A stretch of DNA of 64,000 bases from Paragordius varius (lineage: Eukaryota; Animalia; Nematomorpha), in NCBI GenBank assembly GCA_964247055.1, contig OZ176053.1, positions 8,494,001 through 8,558,000 on the forward strand, given 5' to 3'. The notes under the pieces are model-generated. The model searched no databases. It was not told the DNA's origin and saw nothing but the letters and a program-made list of their open reading frames with translations. A program made the translations under genes and the position numbers. This document shows positions 53,101 to 64,000 of this stretch, piece after piece. Position 1 is the first letter of the stretch, and the number at the start of each line of letters is the position of its first letter.

Positions 53101-56100
53101 TAATCCGATGGGAAAATTGTTATGTGCGAAATACCCATTCGAAACGGTTGTAATCTGACAAGGTTCTTTAGTCAAAAATATATTTGTCAAATAAACATTT
53201 AATAATTCCAATTAAAAATAGCAAAATAAGTTGAAATTACATTAAACTACTATTGTTTTTCGACCCAACTGATTTAAAAATATAAATTGAATTTCCTCCC
53301 ATATTAGCATAATAATTCATAATGAAGCTTAAAATACTTTTTATTTTTCATAATTATTAGAATATTAATTATATAAAAATTTGGATAAAAAATATATATT
53401 AATAGGGGACAAGTTTACTTGGTATACAGGTAGGCCAAGCGGGTTCCCATTTACCCTGAATGCACTGAACAAGCGAGGAATTCACACTAAGAACAAATCT
53501 ATCATCGAGACAAGTAACTTCCACCAACGTTCCCTCCGTTCTAAGATTTTGTTCCAATTTATTTGTTTCAATGGAATAATTTATGATTAAATTTTCACGT
53601 TTAATTACGCTAAGATTTGAAGTCGGTTTTGTTAAGTTGGGCGTCAAGGATACGTTTATATTGGTAATGTTAGGGTCCAGTGATGTTTGACGGAAAACCT
53701 TAACTCTTTGTCGGTAATCCGATAGGATTTGTGGGCAGAGATCTAGTGAAAAATTGGAAACGCATATTACATTTTTCAATTTATACAATACAATACATAT
53801 TGTACTAATATCTTTTTCCTATTTTTGTTTGCATGAACTTCCAAAATAAAAAATATTTTATCGTACCAGAACTACATATAGGTTTTTCGGGTGGCACCCA
53901 TTTCCCCATAACACATGTGGAACCGGTGGGACCGTCACTTATGTAAAATCCTTTGTTGCATTTGTAAGCTATCTGTCGTCCATGTTGTACATTACTGATG
54001 TATTCTCGGTAATCATACTCACCAAAGGCTCCAACCAACAAGATTTGACCGTCTTTTAGACTTCCCGGGAAGGTGCATACAACTTTAAGAAATAGTTAAA
54101 TATATAACATTAAATTTGATTAAAAAATTAGTTTATAATCTGATTTGGAAAATAATTGTATTTTGCAGACAAAAAATCCTGCTTGAACAGGAGTAATTTT
54201 TAAATAGAGATATAAAACTCCCGACGCAATCTATATAGACAAAAAGAATGTTTTAACAAACTATATGCGCTTATTTTGAAATACAAAAAGTATAATTTAT
54301 AATATTGAAGTTTATTAATAAGGCACAGCTTAACCTAAAGATAATAATTCAAATTATATACCGTTTTTACATTCGGGCGTGCTGCCGACCCAACTCCCAA
54401 ATTTGCATTGCAATTTATCTTTACCATCTTGCAGTTCGAATCCTGGGTCACAAATGTATTTTGCTACAGTTCCCCAATCCGTTTTAACCAGGATAAAACG
54501 ACCATTTTTAAGGCGAGGCGGTAAATCACCGCAAGGAACTAAAATTGTATTATGCAGAAAATTGTTAATTTTGTGATGATTTATATTTGTTTATATATAG
54601 GCTAAATTTGACCAGTTATGTATTTACTCATGCATTTATTAAAGACCTTGTAACATTTTTAAAAATCAACCTAAATTTAATTTAAAAGGCAATTGGTATA
54701 TAATCGTTTTTTATTTATTTATATAATAAAAATAATACAGTTAAAATATAATTTTTTTAATTTATTTAGTTACATGTGGTTATAATGACTGTTTATAACC
54801 ACGAAGGCATTAAAAGTGGTCAAAGCGGTCTTTAGACTTGGCCAATCAAATCCCACTCATAAGATTTCACAATTTCGACCTATTTGTATAAATTTTTTCC
54901 GATTTACCGTTTATTTAGCCTTATTTCTGTTTTTATGCTTCCAGCCATGTTCATATTTGGGACCAAAGGTTCAGAGAACTTATTTAAAAATTATTGTGCT
55001 AATATCATTTCAAAAGTGTGTGAAAACCTGGTCAAAACCTGGATCGCATCTTAATTCGGGCGTAAAGTTTCCATTTAAGCAAATCGAAGTTTTCAATAAT
55101 TCGGATTTCTTTACTTCCGTTTTGTTTGATAGTATTGACGCATTTCGACTCCGATTTGTGGAAGAAACTGGAGAAATGCAGTAGAAATTGACATGTTCTC
55201 CATGTTTAATAACCGTGCCCTCAGTGTGATTGTAAAGTTTGTGGACCCATGGTTCGATCGGTATCGTGCAATATTCTAAATTATGATTACAATTATGAGA
55301 TACTAAACATTCATCTTGTTCGTAAAAGGTAAAAATGAAAAAGTTAAGGAAATGTATGGATTTGGCTCATAATTAAGATAAATATATTCAAGAGAATGCA
55401 AATTATTTAATATGGAAAGTATTTTATTACCTAAGATCTAATTGTAAAACACAACTAATCATATATATAAATAGAATTATATCTGAAAATTATTGAAAAA
55501 CTATTTTTCGCCTTCATCTTTAGTGACATACGTGCTAAATTGAATTTAGGCCAGAATTTACCATGTCAATTGATTAATAATTTTTATGGGTCCTTGCAAC
55601 TAAAAGTATTAACATATATTTAATACTTTAAACATGTATGACTAGGGTCAAATTTCATCAACAAAATTTTTCGCAACACTACGGTTAGAAGGAATTTAGT
55701 ATCTATTTAAGCCTTTTCTAGAAAAATCAGTGTCTAAATTTATGTTCATAGTATTATAACGAAAAATAATTAAGGATATTCTTCTTTTCTCTCGGGTATA
55801 GTTTGCATTTATATTAACTAATTATCATTTGCATCTTTGTTTTCAATATTCATGATGTGTGCTAACAAATTTCGTGATTTACGAAACTATATATAGTTTA
55901 TATACTCCAAAGAAAGGAAAGTTTTTATATGTATATAACCAAAACAATTAACAAAGTAGTATAAATCAAAGTAAAAATAATAACTTAAACAAGAGGGTAA
56001 AGGCCACACAGACCAATTTCCATCCTTTTGGCAATACATATGATTTGAGGTAGGTAACACGCCTGTTGAATCGTGTAAAAAACTGTCTCTTGCACACTCA

Positions 56101-58504
56101 TACACGGCCTTTGATCCTATGGATGTCGTGTTAAATTTTATTTCCCCATTCTCTATTGTTCCAGGGTGTGAACACTTGATTTCTAAATGCATATATAAAT
56201 TTAAATTCATATAATTATCATTTTTTAATATTATGAGTATGCTAAGACATGCTCAAAAAAGAATAAATTGACAATGATATAAACCACATTTCAAGCAGGA
56301 ATAAACACCAAATATATATTATATCTTCCACCATTTTAAAAATAATGCGAATGCATTTTATCAGGATTGCATAATTAGTGTCACAAAAAATAACCTTGGC
56401 ATATCGTCATAACTGTATTGCTGTTATTATTATACTGGGATGTTAATTTTGTAGGTTTGGAATCATTTTCAACCATATTTCCATTATAATTATAAAAATT
56501 GTTAAAGAGCGGAGGATACCATATGCCTTTTTCTGTGCATCGATGTGTTTTTTCAACACCTCTTGCTAATTGAAAACCCTGGTTACATTCAAAACTTAAG
56601 GTGTCACCATAATTAACACCTTTGAAAACGATACGTCCATGCTTTATGCCAGAAAGTAATTTACTATCCCGGCCACATTGTATAGCTAAAATAAATGAAA
56701 AAAAAAACGCTGAATACCAATACTAAATATATGAAAATAGCGTCAGTGTTAGATAATTTTTTTATTACTGCTAATTACTTATTTATACATATTAGTATTT
56801 TTAAAAAATATTAAATTTTAAAAACCAGCATGTACTTAGAATTGGTTGAATAAATGTAAAATAAAAATATACATTCGAATAGTTAATAGGGAATCTGAAT
56901 TCTACTTATTTGAAATTTTTAACAATTCGATTCATTTTGATATATCAAAAAGGTAGGGATATAAAATAGTTTAATAACTACATCAATCGGTTAAAGTCTG
57001 AAAAAAAACATAGGTAATCCGCAACGCTACCAATTTTTTTCAATATAAAGAAAAACTTAAGTTGTCAAATTGATTCTCCTTGAATAAATCTTAATATAAT
57101 TGATTTAAATTTTGGACTAAAACCGGTTCCGATAGCCTTATATATTATTTAAAGATTTATATTAATTTACGCAAGCAATTTGGATCATTGTAAGACCATT
57201 GTCCATTGGCTTGGCAAAATCTCTGTTTAGGACCATGCAATCTAAAGCCTTTTTCACATTCATACATAATGCGATGAGGATAAAAATGGTAATGACCCTT
57301 GATGATTCCATGATCCAATTTTGGTTTTGGACATTCTTTTGCTATATGTTTAAACATATGAGGTTTTTTTACTTTGAGTTTTATTTGTGACGTAATTAAA
57401 CCAAAATTATAGACTTAATTAGGAGTTCGAAAAAAAAATTCGCCACAAAAGCGAAATGAACGTAACCATAAAGCGCTAAACAGCTGATTATAATTTTAAA
57501 TATTTTTAAAAAGGTAATAAATTTTCAAATATCGAAATAAGTAATAAAATATCATATATCAATTGCACTAGTTTCTAATAATAATTACCTGTACTATCCC
57601 TTATAAATTCAATCATTTGTGTCCATATGAAGTCAAATAATACTAAAAAGGCAAAATATGCTAAATCAAATTTCTTTGAATATCATTTAATTAAGCAAGC
57701 TATATAAGTTGTGATTTCCAAATGTCATACTTTTATTTTAGATCTAAACTCTTACACAATTATGTTATTTATTATGTTACCAACCTAAATAATTGACTAT
57801 TATTTTTGATAGCGTTAACAGTCACTAGTAAATATCAAATAACAGAAAACTGTATTTAAAATCAACAATAAACAATCATAAACTAGATTCGAGACATCGT
57901 TATTATAAATTATGATAAATTTTGATGAACAAAATTTCATTTAAAATGATTATAAACCTACTATATATTAAAACTTACGCAAACATCGGAAATTTAGTTT
58001 TGTCCATTCAAGCGAATGCTCATTTTGTGTTAAAGTTTTTATTAAATTTTGTTGGTTGTGATAAAAATGAGTATCTCTTCGAGGTGGCCATTGTTTAATT
58101 TGGTTTTGACAATGTGAAATCATGTAAAAACTCCGATAATTTGATCCCCCGATCTCATTTGTGGGGATAATTCCTTCTGGAGTTACTGGATAAAAACCTT
58201 CTCTGCAATGGTACAAAATTTGAGAATGTTTTGGAAAATTGTATCGCTGCCTTTTGGCAAGTTTATGAGAGTGTTCAGATGTATTATCCATTTTTTTATT
58301 GTTAATTAATACGAGAGTTCGATGTTTTCGATATTTTTGCACAATGAAATTTTTAAATCCGTTTCCACATGTGTGTGAATTGTTTGTCTCTTTAAATGTT
58401 TTCCTACATACTGCATCATTAAAATGATTCGGTTCGATTTCTTTATCGGTTGTCTTTACTTTATGTTTCTTGGACCTTTTGTGAGGGCCAGGTACATATG
58501 GTGC
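47169..58504 (-). CDS. Hig/Hasp/LEV-9-like extracellular protein with ~16 sushi (CCP) domains and one Ig domain (5' end not resolved)
   Basis: Chain of one-domain exons joined by phase-1 GT-AG introns: ~58504-57979, 57341-57171, 56686-56393, 56185-55983, 55275-55010, 54539-54363, 54083-53867, 53742-53426, 53171-52966, 52268-52083, 51770-51534, ~50.93-50.68 kb, 50354-50043, Ig exons 49887-49736 and 49652-49468 (LLLFCHFPRLYGSPVWTW...DNGRYTCSTPYGHSHSINI; the intron within the Ig domain is phase 2), 48998-48779, 48415-48225, 47491-47169 (stop). Typical C..P...NG....Y.C..G..L.G.....C...G.W....P.C patterns; GAFGEYDYREYISNVQHG is typical of LEV-9/Hasp-like CCPs. Confidence 0.85.
51030..51292. mobile_element. 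MITE family B, copy 3 (in a sushi-gene intron)
   Basis: actcaccctcgaacaattcaaattcacc at the left end; agggtgaatttgaagtgtgaatggTA|TA at the right end; body homologous to the other copies. Confidence 0.7.
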
Positions 58505-61500
58505 CTGTATAATGGAATAAAAAGCGTTTGCATAGTTTGGCGGTTCTGGACAATATGCTACAATCGTATAGTAAGAGCAAATTAATTTTGTGTACTACAT
58601 ATCAAAGAGTTTATACATTTTTAGTGTTTTTTTTGTCAGGGTTTTATCTTGTAACGTATTTTGAAAGTTGTTTTAAAAAAATATCATATAATATGTTAAA
58701 TAGAAAAGTAATTTTTACCGTTTGTGAAATTTCTAAAACTTATATAATTTATAAAGCTCCCAAATCAAAACAACAAAAGCTTATTTATCTGTAAACCAAC
58801 AATAAACGAAAACTTTTTATATATTTTAAGTCTTATTTTACTAAAAGTATAGGTAGCATCAGTTAAAACAGCCGATAACTCAGAACAGTCATATTATATA
58901 TTTAACTAATCAAAAATTCCTGATCGTTGCAAAAAAAAGTTTTGTCGGACAAATCTTAAAGGATTTTTAATTAAAAGGGCTTTAGAAGACATATCCAAAT
59001 TAAAGTCGAAGCTTTGGTGATTTTTGGGACCTCTTAAAGAGAAGGGTAGTAACCGAAAAGGTAATGAAGCGTTATTGCTAAATCTTAATTACAAAACTAT
59101 TTAAATGCTTATTTAAATCGGTTTACTCGAGGTCAACCCATATAATCTTATTATCGAAGAGTGTAATAATAATCAAATATTCAAACAATCTAAAAAACTT
59201 GAGCTTTAAGTTTTATATTTTTCTCAATTATTACACAAAAAAATTATCCTATCAACTAAAGGCGAATCTAAAAATGCTGAAAACGATGGGATTTATGAAT
59301 ATTTATAAGATTATTTTAGGGTCATTTGCTTTGGGTTTGACTAAATTTATTTGTTAATACCTAATTATTTCTTATTATGTAAAAATCTATCTGGTCACTT
59401 TAGGCTAAACCTAGTTTCAAATGATAAATTGTGTATTTTTATGGATTTTACTTTTTGACGAAATGATATACCAATTTTTTATACCTAAGTCCAAAACAAA
59501 AATCTTTTAATATTTTGTGATGAAAGAGGTTCTCATCTCATCATCGATTTTTGCATTTATCAACATCTTATTATCACTTTATATTATAATGTGTGATCCC
59601 CTTTGGGAGATTATCTATATATCGTATTCTATACATATAGAATACAATATTTCAACTTTTTTTATTTCAACACATTCTAGGAAATTACTTATTGGTGTGC
59701 TCTCTTCTATAAAATGGAAAAATTTGAATGATATAAAGAACGACATAACAGGTTAAATATACAGATCATTTAATAATCTAAATATTTAATATTTTCAATA
59801 TTTGCCCTTGCATTGCTTGTCTAACCGAATAAATTAAAATTTCATTTTTCCCCATATATTTCGGCTAAATATGTCTGTTACAAAGGGTGCCAGCGTACAA
59901 TATTTAGATCCCTAAAATATTCATTAAAAAATTTTATGATCTTTATAATATGTTTTTTATTATCATTATCATTCATGTAAAGATAGTTTTAATCGCCATG
60001 CCTCAAATTATATTGATAATATTGATATATTCATAAAAACCAAATTGGCCAAAATAATAATGTTATAAGGGTTAACCCTTTTCCAAAAACATAAAATTAT
60101 CTATTTTTATAATGGGAAAAGTCTAACTATAGGTTAATTACTTTAACAATGTTTTTATTTTTTTATCCATAAACTATTGGGACACACTAATATTCTTTAC
60201 CAATATTGATATAAAATTAATTATATATTTGTCATAATTTTTATGGTTCATTACATTTTTTTTCGTATGTGTGCGAAATAGATTATTAACACCAATTTTT
60301 TTTTAAGTTTTGTCCCCTGCATAATGTATAATTTTATAGTATATAATTATTTGTAATTCAAATTCCTTATCTTTCAACTAAAAAGAAAGTATTGAGGTCA
60401 TCCCTACTGGGGATTGATTAACTTGATAATTAGAGCATATATATACTATATATATGAAAAATAATGAAATTTAGAATAACTCTCTTATAATTAATTTTTT
60501 AATATGGTGCGAAATATTTCATCACATACATACACATAATTAATTTATACACGACGCAAAAATGAGAATGTCGCTACAAAAATTATGAAATATAATAATG
60601 GTTAATACAATTATAAAATCTTTTTATATATTAGTTTTGATTACCAACTCACCTAACCAAAAGCAAAAAATATTTTGTATTAATCATTGCAAAATGAATT
60701 AAAACTAATTCGAAAAAGTTTTCAACACTAAAAAATGAATACATCTTTCGTCTTTCAATCAAATGTAGGAATGGGTATTTAACACAAAAATTAATAACAG
60801 GTCTGACTGCTAATGAAAGCATCATTTATGTTTATCAGTCAATTAAATACAACAATATTAATTAGCACCTTATGTTTTATACCATTTATTATTTTTTATA
60901 TGTCATGTAAAAAATGGTTAAAATATTTGACCAATAATTTTATAAGCTCGAGTGCTTTACCCATTTTTAAAGTTTGATTTATGAGATGCAGTTATATTAC
61001 ATTTGAAAACATATAATTAGTCAACCATTGAGATGAATGATAATTTTGCCATTTAGAAATTATTAAAATTAAAATTAGCTCAGTTATAATTTTTATGCCC
61101 CAAAATATGGTTACAGGTTTGGGTTAGGTCTATGTTAGCGAGCGCTCTTTCGTTGGACAAAAAAATAGGTTACTTTGACGCTATTTGTGAAGATTAACAC
61201 TAAATAAAAGACAAATTTCTTTATAACCTTATTATACTGAACTAACCACAAAATAAAATGAATATTACTAGATTTTAATATTCTTTGTTCGTACACACGG
61301 TCCATAAAAACCAAACAGTTATGCAATGATGATATATAAATTATTTTTACAGCTAAAACAATATTTTTTTATTACATGATATAAAACAAAAACAGAAAAC
61401 ATATAAGGAAGCAAACTAAATTATGGACTTGTAAATTAGTTTAGGTTAAAGAATTTTTGAACACTAAATTTTGATATTAAAATTCCGAATCCGTTATTAT

Positions 61501-61628
61501 ATACTGCGATATGGCTATAAAAACCATCGGTTTTGGCAAATTTTTGCAATATAGTTTTTGTGCCTCTTAGGCAGCTTGTTGTGTTTTTGAAACAAATTAA
61601 CTGGTGAAATTCAATCTTTTAAAATGTA

Positions 61629-62135
61629 TTATAGGTAATTAATTCTAAAAAGACTTAGACATATTTTCATTATACCTGTATCCTTTACATGCTTTTTATG
61701 ATGTTGTGAATATGAATACGTAATAGGTAAATTACTGCTCATTTTAGGTGTCAAATGAGATGTTTTACGTAAAAAATTATGCTTTAAACTATAATGAGAT
61801 GTGGTGACTGATTTTTTAGGCGATTTCAAATCAACTCTAAAATTTGGTATTTTTGAATCGATGGTGCTAGAATAAGTAATCGGTTTCAGACTAGTAGCTT
61901 CATGTTCGCTCTGACTTTCAATCATAATTAATTCGCCTGAGAGTGTCAAATATTGAAATGTGTTTTGTTGTGCATTAGTTTTATCTTTATTAGTTTTGTA
62001 ATAATTTATTTCCGACGAATAAGGCTGCCTGTCTTTGGGAGATTTAAACGAAAGTGAAATCAATGAATCATAAATTAGTTTATCCAATTCCAGTATGATG
62101 GTGAGATGGTAAATTAAACGCCAAAATTTTAGCAA
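61629..62135 (-). CDS. Probable internal exon of an unresolved gene (hydrophobic start, then S/K/T/H-rich low-complexity region)
   Basis: Long open frame GLLKFWRLIYHLTIILELDKLIY...HHKKHVKDT with a catgcag acceptor (~62135) and a g|gtataa donor (~61677); hydrophobic ORFs at 62243-62769 may be upstream exons; may or may not belong to the sushi gene. Confidence 0.45.
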   Translation of the reverse strand: MLKFWRLIYHLTIILELDKLIYDSLISLSFKSPKDRQPYSSEINYYKTNKDKTNAQQNTFQYLTLSGELIMIESQSEHEATSLKPITYSSTIDSKIPNFRVDLKSPKKSVTTSHYSLKHNFLRKTSHLTPKMSSNLPITYSYSQHHKKHVKDTGIMKICLSLFRINYL

Positions 62136-63609
62136 ACCCTGCATGTCACATATCAATATTCACCCCGTTGATTTAACACTGTTTAATTAATTGTCTCATG
62201 TTTATACAAAATAAAAGAAATAATCTAAATGTTTATCCTGTTTCACAGAAAAATAAAAGAATATAATTGTAAAGTGTGAATGGAATAATAGAGAAAATAT
62301 TTGTAAAGATTACGGCAATCTATGCAAAAAGGATAATCTTTCGGGTACAAATTACAAATCATAAAAAAACATTTTGAGGGAGAAAAAAAATAATAATTCC
62401 CAACATAAATTAAAAGTAAAATATATTGTAATAACCTATTTGGAAGTTGTCGTTTTTTTGTGTCATCGACAAAAATAAAGCTATAATAATTTTTATATGA
62501 TATTCTCATTAAACTCCCAAACAATTAATATCATTAGAGGCAAAGAGAAATATAATATATAGCTAAAACTAACAAAAAAAATATGGGACAAAGTGATTAT
62601 TGTGTAATATATATAGAAAGATCCATTCATTTACTAAAAAGTATAAAAATAGATGGAAAGACACATCCAGAGAATAAAGCAGAAAATCATCCCTTACCAA
62701 ATTTAATAATGGCAGAAGAAAGTATAAAGGAACAGGATAACAGTTATAGCGTATAAACATCACATACATAGAGAGACTAAAAATCTCCGTTCTGCAATAA
62801 TATTACATTCTTACATATAATGAACAAATATCTTAAGACTATCTGACTCTGTCTCTAATTGGCACAATATTGTTTGTTTTATGTAAGGACATACATATAC
62901 AAATCTTCTTTGATCTTTCAAGACAAAATATATTAATGTATAATGATATAAGAGGATATGATGAAAATTGTTGACCCTATTTTAAAATTATGCTTAAAAT
63001 TAATTCTAAAAGCAAAAAACTATATTTTCACCGCTCACCTTATATAAATGTTAAAACAAAAAATACACCTTAAGAAGGCAAAATATGTCCTCATCTGTAC
63101 AATATCACAAATTGAAAAAATGTAGGATGATACAATTTTTTGTTGCTTTAAATTACTATATAATAGTTAGAAACCAGAACGAGAGAGATCACAATAGAGC
63201 AAGGACTCTGGAACTTAGAATAGATCCGCAATGATATTGCGTATTATTTTATTTTAATATATAAATTCTACTGTCCCTAAAGTAAAAAATAAACTAAAAT
63301 TAATAAAATAATAATATTCCTTCCTAATAATACAACATATAATGTATATTAATTCTTTAAATTTGTATAACACATCATCATATCCTATGATGCCTGCATG
63401 TTTGGTTAAGTTTTAGTTTTCCAAATATAAAATTTGTCCCATCATTAGACATCTATCATGAGTTTAGAGCAGTTTAAGCTGTAGGATGAATGTTAAAGAA
63501 TTTCCCCGTATTATATCTATTGATTATTTTCAAGAGTTATTCATTATTCCCAATATTACAAAAGAGGATCTACATGGGAAAAAACTGGACAAAACAACCG
63601 TGTACTGTA

Positions 63610-63654
<45 letters not shown>

Positions 63655-64000
63655 TATTCAAAAGTTTGGTTAACATTACATCATCATCATATATCTTTTT
63701 TATACTTACTCATTTATACGGGATGTAGCTCTTGTAAAATTAATATTACATGTAAAAAATAATTGTATATATATATTTGTAGTGTAATTAAAAATATATA
63801 GTATATATATATATATATACCCTGTCAAATATTGTTTTGTTAAAAAAAATAACCATATATAGTGTATATATTTTTTCACATCAACATACTATTGACATGG
63901 CTTAATATTTGTTGTTAAAGCCGCGTACAAAAAAAACAACGTTTTTACTATACGGACATGAGAATTTTGTCAGAGATGGCCTTATATTACAGCAATAAAG

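Noticed and set aside
54430-54450. GTTCGAATCC B-box / tRNA-like motif
   Set aside because: Antisense of a sushi exon (CDPGFELQ); no A-box or cloverleaf
54816-55184. 122-aa plus-strand ORF (also 54305-54576, 57199-57390, 44248-44493 and 9365-9574)
   Set aside because: Antisense shadows of real exons or ORFs on the opposite strand

Overview
AT-rich (roughly a quarter GC by eye), intron-containing eukaryotic DNA from an animal. It is not prokaryotic: no operons, CRISPR arrays or rRNA/tRNA genes could be supported. By manual splicing I reconstruct five recognisable multi-exon genes. These are an ATG14-like gene (-, ~4.2-6.1 kb), a centrosomin/CDK5RAP2-like gene with CM1- and CM2-like motifs (+, 15.4-21.9 kb), an ATRIP-like gene (+, 26.6-30.9 kb), dystroglycan (+, 42.7-45.7 kb) and a large Hig/Hasp/LEV-9-like sushi(CCP)+Ig gene (-, 47.2 to at least 58.5 kb). 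There is also an orphan single-exon ORF and two unresolved coding regions. The most striking property is bimodal intron size: at least 12 GT-AG micro-introns of only 21-27 nt, each needed to restore the reading frame or a homologous motif (one 27-nt case is optional), sit beside introns of 0.1-1.8 kb filled with DNA-transposon debris. Intergenic and intronic DNA holds hAT (8-bp TSD), mariner, piggyBac-like (TTAA), Tc1/pogo-like (TA) and Chapaev-type (CAC..GTG, 3-bp TSD) elements. Several form very long inverted repeats or foldbacks (17.5-18.8, 31.7-34.6, 36.3-37.5 kb). All family assignments come from motifs recognised by eye; no database search was run. Some splice junctions and element ends are approximate.
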